DNA of 64,000 nt from the IMG/VR virus record IMGVR_UViG_3300013093_000020. One strand, 5' to 3'. The translations under genes were made by a program, and so were the position numbers. This document shows, piece after piece, positions 1 through 8,706 of the stretch; within the stretch, counting starts at the first letter, position 1; every line of letters begins with the position of its first letter. A model generated the notes under the pieces. That model was not told the DNA's origin. It saw only the letters and a list, made by a program, of their open reading frames with translations, and did not search any database. The DNA is from a virus.

Positions 1-225
1 ACTGTCATCGCTTTCTTCTTCAGAACTTTCTTCTTCTGAACCTTCGTCGTCTTTAGCGAATGGGTTTGAATCACCTTCTGACAAGCTAAAATCGCTTTCT
101 AGTAATTCTTGATAAATTTCGCGGCTTTTTGCAACCACTATATTATGAAATATTTCTTTTGCTGTTTCTTGATCTTCGTTGATCAATGCCTCAAGCATGG
201 CTTCAAATTGGGTACGATCAGTCAT
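1..225 (-). CDS. Acidic prohead core/scaffold-like protein (runs off the window edge)
   Basis: Manual translation from ATG at 225: MTDRTQFEAMLEALINEDQETAKEIFHNIVVAKSREIYQELLE... then Glu/Asp/Ser-rich; CAGGAG SD and TGTAAATA late promoter upstream; position after portal matches T4 gp67/68 synteny. Confidence 0.6.
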   Translation of the reverse strand, partial: MTDRTQFEAMLEALINEDQETAKEIFHNIVVAKSREIYQELLESDFSLSEGDSNPFAKDDEGSEEESSEEESDDS

Positions 226-326
226 GTTAAAAGTCTCCTGTGATGGTTGTACAAGGCTGTAAGATATTTACAACTTATGGGTAAAAAGAGGTGCAATATG
301 CCATAAAAACGACATATTTTGATAAT

Positions 327-566
327 TTATACAGTTTGTTGCGGTGGCGTGTAGTACATGCTATGTATAAACGCTAACTCCTGTTCTTGCTCTAAGATAT
401 GAGCTTCGCTTGCTTTACGCAGTTCATTGATCTGTTTCAAACTAAGCCTAGTCTTGCGAGTATCATTGCGCAACATGACATCGCTGTCACGCTTAGGCTC
501 ATAACGCAAATCATTAGATGTGCGCCTTGTTTCAGGATCAATATAAAAAAGCTCTCTTAGGATCAT
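327..566 (-). CDS. Small hypothetical head-module protein
   Basis: 79-aa ORF directly after portal, CATAAATA motif at 571-578. Confidence 0.7.
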   Translation of the reverse strand: MILRELFYIDPETRRTSNDLRYEPKRDSDVMLRNDTRKTRLSLKQINELRKASEAHILEQEQELAFIHSMYYTPPQQTV

Positions 567-573
567 GCTTTAT

Positions 574-2340
574 TTATGCAGCTGGAGGTGTTCCAGCACC
601 ACCCGGTGCCATTCCCGGAGCTGCAGGTGCTGCTCCAGCGCCGGCTGCGGCAGCTTCGTCAGCTGGATTAGTCATACCTTCTGGTGCTTCTAGGTCGCCA
701 GCAGTACTCATGTCGCTATCGATGCCGGCAGAACTGAGTCCTGCACTACGCAATTCTCCGCTAGAATCAGTATGTGTAGGTTCACCTTTACCTGCTTCCT
801 CGGCCCACATGCGTTCATTTTCTGCCATTTCTTCGTCGGTTAATCCTAAGAAACGCTTGAGTGCAAAACGCTTGCTCATGTAGGGAATAGCTTGTACTGT
901 ATTAAATGTATTGATGCGCTCAGTGTCCATAGCAGCTTGACGACTGCTAGCAAAGTTCATTGGCGGATTGAACTTCAACTCAAATAAACTTGTATCTATG
1001 TTAAGTCCTTTTGAGTAAACAAATCGTTTAAATTCTAAATCAAAGCGTTCTGTAAGCAACATTTGTAAGCGTTCACAGTACTTGTTGAAGCGCAATTCTT
1101 GGATATAAGCTGTTCCCACACGCCCGTCATTGTAACTGCTTTGACTGTCTTCAGCGCCTGTTGGCAAATAACTGCTAGGAATACGCAAGCCACGGAATAA
1201 TTTATTAGTAAAATATTTTAAGTCTTCAATTTCGCCCAAATTTGTTCCGCCTGGCAGTGTTTCTACCTTAGATCCACGACCATCTGCGGTGCTTGGGAAG
1301 AAATAATCTTCATTAATACTCAATGGATTATAAGCACTGTCTATGACATTGGCTCCACCACCAGTCTGGCTAGGTATGCGTCGTTGATGTATTTCATTCT
1401 TTACACGCTCGACAAATGCCATAGCCATGTGTGCAGGCATATTTCCAACGTCTACATGGAAAACTCTGCGTTCTGGTGCTCGTTGTATACGATAAATGAT
1501 AATCGCATCCTCTAGTAGTTCTTTCTGCTTGTAGACTTTGAAGACATCTTCAAGCAGGCTAGTACCAAAAGGATACATGTTGTCTAGCCCTTCGCTTAGG
1601 CTTAGATGTATCACATGCTCGGCATTGATAGCATGTTCAGTTTGTCCCATGCTGAAGCGGCTGCCTGTACCGCTTTGTGGGAAACTACCGGCTCCACGAG
1701 CTTGCGATCCCGAACCTAGATAACCTGATCCGCCACCGCCTGACCCACTACCGCCGGCCATTTCTCTAGGATTAACATTAGGTGTAATTTGAGTAGCAAC
1801 TAGATTTTCAAAGTTAGGCGCCAGATCTTTGATAATGTATTGTTCTGGCTTTTTACCGTCACTTTCATTGACAATTACTTTAGTAACTTTGCTAGGATCA
1901 ACATAGACCCATTTCTGTGTTTCTGGATCGCGAATAAAAAATGCATCACCGTATTTGAATGTGTTACGGAAGATACGGAATATTCTTGTGTCAAATTTTT
2001 GTAGCTTTGACCACTGTTGTAGGTACTCGCCTAGGATCTTAATTTCACTATTTGTAGCCTTGTGGCGCCAAAAAACTTGAAAAGGTGTCTTACCATCTTT
2101 GTTCTTCTGTGTGCAGAATTCTGCTAGAATATCTAAGGCAGCATTAATTTCAGGATCGCTATCCATGGTCTCATACTGCATGTAACGCTCTGCACGATTA
2201 GGTGCTCCGGCGTATACATCTGGTAGATAACTTGAATAATTTGAACGAGCAGGTCCAGCTCTATTGCTAGAATTAATGCCACTGACCGGGCTCATTATTG
2301 TGCCAACGGGTGCTGGGCTAAAATATTTTTTCCAACTCAT
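574..2340 (-). CDS. gp20: Portal vertex protein (T4 gp20-like)
   Basis: Motifs LLEDAIIIYRIQRAPERRVFHVDVGNMP, EDYFFP, GSKVETLPGG, ELRFNKYCERLQ typical of T4-type portals. Confidence 0.95.
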   Translation of the reverse strand: MSWKKYFSPAPVGTIMSPVSGINSSNRAGPARSNYSSYLPDVYAGAPNRAERYMQYETMDSDPEINAALDILAEFCTQKNKDGKTPFQVFWRHKATNSEIKILGEYLQQWSKLQKFDTRIFRIFRNTFKYGDAFFIRDPETQKWVYVDPSKVTKVIVNESDGKKPEQYIIKDLAPNFENLVATQITPNVNPREMAGGSGSGGGGSGYLGSGSQARGAGSFPQSGTGSRFSMGQTEHAINAEHVIHLSLSEGLDNMYPFGTSLLEDVFKVYKQKELLEDAIIIYRIQRAPERRVFHVDVGNMPAHMAMAFVERVKNEIHQRRIPSQTGGGANVIDSAYNPLSINEDYFFPSTADGRGSKVETLPGGTNLGEIEDLKYFTNKLFRGLRIPSSYLPTGAEDSQSSYNDGRVGTAYIQELRFNKYCERLQMLLTERFDLEFKRFVYSKGLNIDTSLFELKFNPPMNFASSRQAAMDTERINTFNTVQAIPYMSKRFALKRFLGLTDEEMAENERMWAEEAGKGEPTHTDSSGELRSAGLSSAGIDSDMSTAGDLEAPEGMTNPADEAAAAGAGAAPAAPGMAPGGAGTPPAA

Positions 2341-2343
2341 TCT

Positions 2344-4719
2344 TTATGACATCCTGTTTTGACTTAGGTTATTCAAACCGCGGACTTGCTTGGTACTATT
2401 GTCTGCAACTACTTCAAAATGTTGAACAAGAGTAGCCATCATAGTATTTAATTGATTGATGCCTGCTGACAGATTATCTTGAGCATTAGCCTCAGGAGCA
2501 GCCGATGTTGCATCCACTTTTGGACTCGAATCTTTTTCTTTCTTATCAGTTTGTAGAGTATCTGTGACCTGTTTAAATGCCTGCACAAAGGATCCAATCC
2601 TTGTTTCTACACTTGTAGCATTGGTATTTGTTATACTAGCAAATGTTTCATTTGTTTTGGCAAAAAGTGTTTGTAACTGATCAACAGGATTAATGTTAGA
2701 TATAGCCGTGACTATATCATTTTTATCAGATGTTATCGGTGTTGTATCAACTTGTCGTTGTATTGGCAATTCTTTTATAGCATTTACCACAGCTTCAATA
2801 GGTATACCCTGTGTAGCCGGATTCATATTCTTACCAAAGGCAGCACCAGTGCTGGCCAAATTTCCAATCTGATCACTTAGACTTCTAAATATCATTGGCA
2901 AACTATTGACATAGTCCGTTTCTTTGGGATTAAGCACACGCTCTCCGCGTTCTACGCTAGTCACTATATCTTCAGGTTCAACATTAAGACCGATCATACC
3001 CGTTGTACCTAAATCTCTCGTTCGTGTTCCGTCAGGATTAAAACGCTCTGGGTATCGACGTCTTTCTTCTGCTTCGCGAGCTTGTTTATCGGCATCTGAT
3101 TGTGGAGTTGGTTGTGTGTTAGGATTTATAGCCGTTGATGGCACGGCTGCAGCTTTTTTAGCTTTTTCTATTAGGTCGTCAACAAATGTATTCAATTGAC
3201 CCATAATGGTAGGCAAAATTTTTGATCGTTGTTCTGCTGTGATCATAGATTCATTCCACTTGGTCAAATTAGTATTCATTTCAGATAGTCCGGTTTTTAT
3301 TGCGGTACTATTTGCTAGATATCTATTAAGTTCCTCTGTCACTGTTAGATTTACTTTATCTAATGCTTGTTTGGCATTGTTAATAGCTATACTAGCTTGC
3401 TCACCTACGGGTCTTTCATCAGGTTTGGTTATCCTTTGATTTTTAACCATTTCATTATACAATATTCTTAGGCTAACATCATCTGTAATTTTTTGTTTTG
3501 TTGCTTCGGCGTAGGCCTGTGTTTGTTTTCTTTGCTCTTCAGTCAATGGACCAAAATATTTACTTTGTAGGTCTGTGGTCAATTTATCTATATTCTGGCC
3601 AGCCGGACCACTACTAGCCAATGCCGCTACCATTCCTAAGAATTTAGGATCGTTGACCATTTCAGACATTCGCTGATTGATCCTAATAGCCGCGGCATCG
3701 GCTTCTTTTAATTTTGCAGCTCGTTCGTCAGGATTCTGTGTCCTTGCGGCTTCATCATATAATCGCTTGTTAGCAGCCATTTGATTTTGAATTTCTGCAG
3801 GTATGGCAGCTACTAGAGCTTGGTCTTTAGCATCCATTACCCCAGTTCTTAATATTCTATTAAAGTCTGCTAACACTGGTGATGCAGCTGCAAATATCAA
3901 TTGTTGTTCTTTATAGGCCTTAAGTTGCTCTCCACTCATTAGACTTTCTGCTAGTCTACCTTTTATGCTGTCACTAATAGCTTTAGTTTCTTCTAATAGT
4001 TTGTCTTTTTGTACACCATATAAGCCAGCTAGGTCGTACAACACATCGCTTAGGTGTAGAGCAGTACTGGTTGCTGTTGTACTGGCTTTCCCTCCTGCTT
4101 CTGAAAATTTATTTGTGTTGAATGTTACATATTCTAGTGTCTTGGCAAATTCAGCTTCACCTACTCCTAATCTAAGAAGTCCTTGACCAAATTGATCCAT
4201 CTTCATTTCTTCAAGGCTACTCATAAAAGTATTGATGCTGTCCTCATAAGTTCCGCCCATTCTACGGAGACTGTTTGAATTATTTTTTATAATGTCATTA
4301 TATTCTGCAGATGAAAGACCAGTAGCAATAACCTGTCGTCTAAACTCAAGAAGATCTATTCTGGTATCTCCAAACTTGAGATTCTCTCGCATGTTTTGAT
4401 TAGCTTCTAGTGCGTCTTTACTAAAAACTTTAAGAGCTTCGCCGGCAAATCCGCCAATTATAGGAAATAATTTGAGTGTTTCTGCAGATAATTCAAATAC
4501 ATTAGCTAGTGTTAGTGTGCCTGTGGCTAGATGGGATAGTGCGTTGCCAGCTATAATTGCGCCTGATTGTAAAGTATTAGTTAGACCATTCAGGGCAGCT
4601 GTTGTACCTGCAGCCGCTCCTGCTGCTGAGGTTCCGCCTAAGCCGCCGCTTCCCGGTATACCTTTTAGCAAGTCATCTATTTTCGTGATCAGGGACTCGA
4701 CACTAGTTTCTACATTCAT
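2344..4719 (-). CDS. Tape-measure-like / baseplate hub tail-length protein
   Basis: 791 aa, helical Ala/Gly/Gln-rich, hydrophobic N-terminal segment, GERVLNP motif; adjacent to gp26/gp51-like genes. Confidence 0.55.
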   Translation of the reverse strand: MNVETSVESLITKIDDLLKGIPGSGGLGGTSAAGAAAGTTAALNGLTNTLQSGAIIAGNALSHLATGTLTLANVFELSAETLKLFPIIGGFAGEALKVFSKDALEANQNMRENLKFGDTRIDLLEFRRQVIATGLSSAEYNDIIKNNSNSLRRMGGTYEDSINTFMSSLEEMKMDQFGQGLLRLGVGEAEFAKTLEYVTFNTNKFSEAGGKASTTATSTALHLSDVLYDLAGLYGVQKDKLLEETKAISDSIKGRLAESLMSGEQLKAYKEQQLIFAAASPVLADFNRILRTGVMDAKDQALVAAIPAEIQNQMAANKRLYDEAARTQNPDERAAKLKEADAAAIRINQRMSEMVNDPKFLGMVAALASSGPAGQNIDKLTTDLQSKYFGPLTEEQRKQTQAYAEATKQKITDDVSLRILYNEMVKNQRITKPDERPVGEQASIAINNAKQALDKVNLTVTEELNRYLANSTAIKTGLSEMNTNLTKWNESMITAEQRSKILPTIMGQLNTFVDDLIEKAKKAAAVPSTAINPNTQPTPQSDADKQAREAEERRRYPERFNPDGTRTRDLGTTGMIGLNVEPEDIVTSVERGERVLNPKETDYVNSLPMIFRSLSDQIGNLASTGAAFGKNMNPATQGIPIEAVVNAIKELPIQRQVDTTPITSDKNDIVTAISNINPVDQLQTLFAKTNETFASITNTNATSVETRIGSFVQAFKQVTDTLQTDKKEKDSSPKVDATSAAPEANAQDNLSAGINQLNTMMATLVQHFEVVADNSTKQVRGLNNLSQNRMS

Positions 4720-4744
4720 AAAAAAATTCCAAGAAATATGCGTA

Positions 4745-4770
4745 TATAAATACTACATATTATATTTATC
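4745..4770. promoter_or_regulatory. Face-to-face pair of late promoters
   Basis: TATAAATA on + (4745-4752) toward gene at 4782 and GATAAATA on - (4763-4770) toward gene at 4719; T4 gp55 consensus is TATAAATA. Confidence 0.7.
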
Positions 4771-4781
4771 TGGAGCCCAAA

Positions 4782-5606
4782 ATGGCCATAAACAACCCTT
4801 TACAAAAGTATTTTAGACAGCCTAAGATCTTTATCAAAATCCCCAGCGGTGGTGTCTACTGCCAAACTGGCACTATCAGTGGAGATCCTAGCAAGTTGGC
4901 CGTGTTTGGTATGACCGGCATGGATGAAATACTGCTGAAAACTCCAGATGCACTGCTATCCGGAGAAAGTGTAGTTAGGATTATAGAAAGCTGTGTGCCA
5001 GAAATCAAAGATGCTTGGGACCTCAGTAATATTGATATAGATGCTGTACTAAGTGCTATAAGGATTGCTACATACGGACAATCAATGTCGGTTACAAGAA
5101 ACTGCCAAAGTTGCGGAGAAGAAAACGATTACGATCTAGATCTTAGTTACATAATAGATCACTATAGCAAATGTGTTTACAACAGTCGATTAGTGCTAGA
5201 CGACCTAGTTGTTACGGTCAAACCATTAACATATCGTCAAATGACTGATTTTAATTTAAGAAATTTTGAAATACAGCAACAGCTAAAGCAATTAGATTTA
5301 GAAGACAAGGCTAATAAAAAAATCTTAGCTGACATGTTTATACAGCTAGGAGAACTACAAAATGAAATATTTGCCGCCAGTATCGAAAGTGTCAGCACAG
5401 ACAGTGTCACAGTTACCGAACGCGGACATATCATCGAGTGGGTACAAAACGCTGACATGGTGTTATTTGATCAATTAAAAGAACTAGCAGTGTCTAATCA
5501 ACAAAATTGGGAAATACCTCAATTTGATGTTGTATGCTCTCATTGTAATGCAGAGGGAAAAACAGCTATTCAACTTGACGCCGCAAGTTTTTTCGCGAAA
5601 GCCTAA
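4782..5606 (+). CDS. gp26: Baseplate hub assembly protein (T4 gp26-like)
   Basis: NPLQKYFRQPK..IKIPSGG, DEILLK, IRIATYG, two CxxC motifs, C-terminal SFF. Confidence 0.8.
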   Translation: MAINNPLQKYFRQPKIFIKIPSGGVYCQTGTISGDPSKLAVFGMTGMDEILLKTPDALLSGESVVRIIESCVPEIKDAWDLSNIDIDAVLSAIRIATYGQSMSVTRNCQSCGEENDYDLDLSYIIDHYSKCVYNSRLVLDDLVVTVKPLTYRQMTDFNLRNFEIQQQLKQLDLEDKANKKILADMFIQLGELQNEIFAASIESVSTDSVTVTERGHIIEWVQNADMVLFDQLKELAVSNQQNWEIPQFDVVCSHCNAEGKTAIQLDAASFFAKA

Positions 5607-5712
5607 TTAGATTACCCGCCTCAGAAATACAAGATTATCTAGTTAGGCTAGATGTGCAGATTAAACAATTCAAAGAAGAACTATTTAGACTAAGTTGGTT
5701 CACTAGAGGCGG
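5588..5712 (+). promoter_or_regulatory. Putative -1 programmed ribosomal frameshift signal
   Basis: In-frame heptamer T TTT TTC (5588-5594), 5-nt spacer, 13-bp stem 5600-5612/5637-5649, loop CCGCCTC (5616-5622) complementary to GAGGCGG (5706-5712). Confidence 0.75.
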
Positions 5713-5827
5713 AGTGTCAGTAACAGAACTGTTGCATTATTATTCTGCCGAAGACCGAGAAATCCTAGATAATGTAATCAAATCAAATCTTGAAACTACC
5801 AAAGATTCAGGACTACCGTTCTTTTAA
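5591..5827 (+). CDS. gp51-like baseplate/tail assembly chaperone segment, probably expressed as a frameshift fusion to gp26
   Basis: Open -1 frame FRESLIRLPASEIQDYLVRLDVQIKQFKEELFRLSWFTRGGVSVTELLHYYSAEDREILDNVIKSNLETTKDSGLPFF*; no ATG (only GTG/TTG codons, first GTG at 5654); absent from ORF track; fills the gap exactly. Confidence 0.7.
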   Translation, partial: FRESLIRLPASEIQDYLVRLDVQIKQFKEELFRLSWFTRGGVSVTELLHYYSAEDREILDNVIKSNLETTKDSGLPFF

Positions 5828-6603
5828 TTTGCTGCAGGAGCAGTCGGAGCTTGCGTAGGAAATTTCTTTCTAAATAAATGACCGTAGGTTGGTGATCCCG
5901 GTCTTATATCCTTGTACATATTCCAGTAAACAGTTTCAGCTTCCTTGGGATTATTTTCATCAGGCAAATTACTATCCGGTGGCGGAACATTAGATGCCGG
6001 AGGTTTTGGAATTTTACCATCGTCGTTGCTCGGAGGTGACGAAACATTGTCTATGGTACTGATACCAGTTGACGGGCCACCTTTAAGCAACCAATGTACA
6101 GGATCCTTGTCAGGAATAGGTCGATACCAACCTTGCTTTTCCATCCATCGTGGATCTACTGTCTTGGAAACATCGATGGCATTTTTATGGAATATAATAT
6201 CTTTGCGACCTTTATACTTAGGATCGTCAGGGTTTATTGGAATATAGACATTAGGATCTTTGTTCAGCCAACGGTTGTATAAATCTTTCTGCTGTTGATA
6301 TGTGCGCTCTTGGCTAGTGATAGGTAGTTCTTTACCAAATTCAGCTTTGTAAGCCTGTTTGAGTTTTTCCACTGCCTGTTTGAATTGGGGCTGTACAGTT
6401 GGTGCAGGTTCTGCATGAGTAATACCAGATGCTTCGTCCGGAGTAACATCATAGACATAGACTTTGACTTTGTCTATCTGAGCCTTGTATTGAGGATAAG
6501 TTTTAATAATATAAGCTTCAAAAGTCTCATGTGCCATATTGTCGGGCACATCAAATCTTTCTTCTTTACCATCAGGAAATACTACTAAAACTTTCCTGGT
6601 CAT
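5824..6603 (-). CDS. Protein with peptidase M15-like (L-Ala-D-Glu/D-Ala-D-Ala peptidase) domain
   Basis: ITSQERTYQQQKDLY...H..AIDV...GWYRP...DPVHW pattern of M15 Zn peptidases; Pro-rich C-terminus. Confidence 0.65.
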   Translation of the reverse strand: MTRKVLVVFPDGKEERFDVPDNMAHETFEAYIIKTYPQYKAQIDKVKVYVYDVTPDEASGITHAEPAPTVQPQFKQAVEKLKQAYKAEFGKELPITSQERTYQQQKDLYNRWLNKDPNVYIPINPDDPKYKGRKDIIFHKNAIDVSKTVDPRWMEKQGWYRPIPDKDPVHWLLKGGPSTGISTIDNVSSPPSNDDGKIPKPPASNVPPPDSNLPDENNPKEAETVYWNMYKDIRPGSPTYGHLFRKKFPTQAPTAPAAN

Positions 6604-7499
6604 TTTTTATCCCAGCCGTGGAATTCCATGTGCCCAGCATCTGATTTTTCATCAGATGAAGATGACGAACTGCTGCTGTTTGATTGAGATTTAGGTACAG
6701 GTACAGGCACGGGCTCCGGGGTCGAAGACTTTGCGGCTTCTTTCTGACTGGAGATCCAACTTAGGACCTGTCCTGGTAAAGGGTCTAACATGGCTTGATT
6801 GTTATCTGCCAGTTTGTCAACTTGTAGCGCATACCATTCACCAAATTTAGTCACTGTGTCCCAGAAAGCAGGATTACGATTTAGTTCTCCTCCAACCTTC
6901 ATATCAGCATAAGTGCCGCACCATCCAGCTACTACATCTCTTACTCCGTCACTGTTGGCGATCCTTGATCCGATATAGTCAGGTACAGCACGGGGAATAA
7001 ACCCTAGACCAAATTGGCGTAGTGCTCCTTTGAGCAGGCCACGACTGGCCATACCTGCTGCTAAATTACCTACTAGTTCAGCCAGTAAATGTTGGCGATT
7101 GGCAGTAAACTGCTCCTGTGTCATGCCATTCTCATGATTGTCAAGCTGTCGCTTGAACATGGCATCTGCATTGATAAAATTTGTAATAGGTTGAAGTACT
7201 TCGGGTAGTACTACTAGATATCTAATAGCTAGATTTACACTCTTAACAGCTACAGATGTAGTAAGTTTAGCTGCTCCAACTCCAGGAATACTGCTACCAG
7301 TACGAGATTTTCTTAATTCTTTTTCACGACGCTTCAGTTCTGCTTCTCGAGCTGCTAGTTCTTTTTCTCGAAGTGCTGCTTCTCTCGCAGCCAGTTTTTC
7401 AGCCGCAGTCATTTCTTTACCTGTAGTCTTTCCCCCAAACTTTAACCAGTCCAGTACGCCTTCATTTGTTTGTTCGCTGATAATATCTGTGATTTTCAT
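6600..7499 (-). CDS. Putative internal head/ejection protein
   Basis: ATG at 7499 gives MKITDIISE, resembling T4 capsid-targeting leaders; coiled coil plus hydrophobic segments; GGTAAATA late motif at 7522-7529. Confidence 0.5.
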   Translation of the reverse strand: MKITDIISEQTNEGVLDWLKFGGKTTGKEMTAAEKLAAREAALREKELAAREAELKRREKELRKSRTGSSIPGVGAAKLTTSVAVKSVNLAIRYLVVLPEVLQPITNFINADAMFKRQLDNHENGMTQEQFTANRQHLLAELVGNLAAGMASRGLLKGALRQFGLGFIPRAVPDYIGSRIANSDGVRDVVAGWCGTYADMKVGGELNRNPAFWDTVTKFGEWYALQVDKLADNNQAMLDPLPGQVLSWISSQKEAAKSSTPEPVPVPVPKSQSNSSSSSSSSDEKSDAGHMEFHGWDKK

Positions 7500-7529
7500 A
7501 TTCAATTCCGAGAAGTTTACATATTTACC

Positions 7530-8002
7530 ATTGTGTGGAGATGTACTGCGTACATCTGTTCTTCGCTTCCGCTCGAACTTGTCTTCTTATTAGAAAAGGC
7601 AATAAAACGCGAAGCGTTTAAGATATTATCCAGATTGTTCAGTCACACTTTGCCCAGGCAGGGCAAAGGACATTATCCGAGTTGAACATGTCACTTAGCG
7701 TTAGGGCATTACAGAGGCGGTCATCCGGTACCTCGAGCCCCGTCTTTATACGACGGCAATCTGCTGACATACGCTAACACATCCGCAGATCCGTGGGTTT
7801 TCCCCACTCCTTTAGCCTTTTTAAAAATTTACGGCAAGCATCAAACTAGTTGTATGAAGGCATATCTAGTCATCGTCCGGTCAAGGATAGTGATGCATGA
7901 CCCTGCCGTCAAGCAAGGAATTTCCGTGACTGCGATCCGAGATCCAGCTGTAAGGGCACAAAATTACATCGCCAGTGCGGGCTTATTTGACGGTTTTAGA
8001 GC
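7530..8002 (-). ncRNA. Candidate large structured non-coding RNA (family not recognised)
   Basis: Largest intergenic gap in the window, GC-richer than flanks, about ten stems and a loop-downstream pairing (7695-7701/7771-7777); boundaries approximate. Confidence 0.6.
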
Positions 8003-8437
8003 CTAGTTTTCTTGGAGTTTACGAATGTGTGAACCATGTACACGCACTTGAATATGACCATTATAGTAGTCGTTTGATTCAAGAACTCTGCGTGAAAACT
8101 GTTCGCGGGCCTCAACATAGCTGCATTCTGCCTTGCTACGGCAATAAAAAAGTATCTCTCTACGGAAGTTTTCAACTCCTAGAGCTTGTACATCACGAGT
8201 TAATTCAGGTGACGATCCATAGTAATCTCGCCAGTCGGAATCAATTTTGCTTCTGATCTTCTTTTTCTTTTTGTTGCCGTTCTTTAATTTTACTGTTCGA
8301 TATGTGGTCTTTGAGAATTTTGCCAGCTTTTTGCCTATATACATGCGCCCTGTTGAGATGTTAGTGATGATGTAGACGAAGCCCGCACAGTCGTCCGGGA
8401 GTTCTTCTACAGTTTGGGAATTGAAAAGCCATGTCAT
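8003..8437 (-). CDS. Short GIY-YIG endonuclease
   Basis: GFVYIITN...YIGKK, YYGSS, conserved Glu and YYN; no C-terminal NUMOD/HTH extension. Confidence 0.85.
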   Translation of the reverse strand: MTWLFNSQTVEELPDDCAGFVYIITNISTGRMYIGKKLAKFSKTTYRTVKLKNGNKKKKKIRSKIDSDWRDYYGSSPELTRDVQALGVENFRREILFYCRSKAECSYVEAREQFSRRVLESNDYYNGHIQVRVHGSHIRKLQEN

Positions 8438-8442
8438 GACTT

Positions 8443-8706
8443 CTAATTATCATCATTGCCTTGTGCCTTGAGTTGTTTTTGAGCGAGCCTACGAGCTTTG
8501 GCCTGTTTCATGTCTTCGTTCTTCCAGTGACGCCATTCTTGTAGCACAATACGGCGTTCACTGCATAATCTGCGTATTTCACTCATAGCATTACGAGTGT
8601 CCATACATGCCCGTTTGGTCCCAGTGTTCATCCAACGCTGGTTAGCTTCGAAGTAAGTTCGAAATGCAGCCATTAACTGAGCATGTAATTCTTCATCCTG
8701 ATGCAT
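8443..8706 (-). CDS. Small basic helical protein (possibly Hc1/histone-H1-like family)
   Basis: 87 aa; GTKRA..TRNAMSEIRRLC..RR pattern; coupled to gp46 stop. Confidence 0.45.
   Translation of the reverse strand: MHQDEELHAQLMAAFRTYFEANQRWMNTGTKRACMDTRNAMSEIRRLCSERRIVLQEWRHWKNEDMKQAKARRLAQKQLKAQGNDDN

Noticed and set aside
518-883. 121-aa Ala/Pro-rich antisense ORF
   Set aside because: Mirror of the low-complexity portal C-terminus
7470-7685. 71-aa + strand ORF in the non-coding region
   Set aside because: TTG start, no SD, antisense to flanking genes, runs through hairpins
7530-8437. Group I intron carrying a homing endonuclease
   Set aside because: No recognisable P7/catalytic core motifs and no interrupted host gene; flanking genes look complete. 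Not excluded without a covariance search
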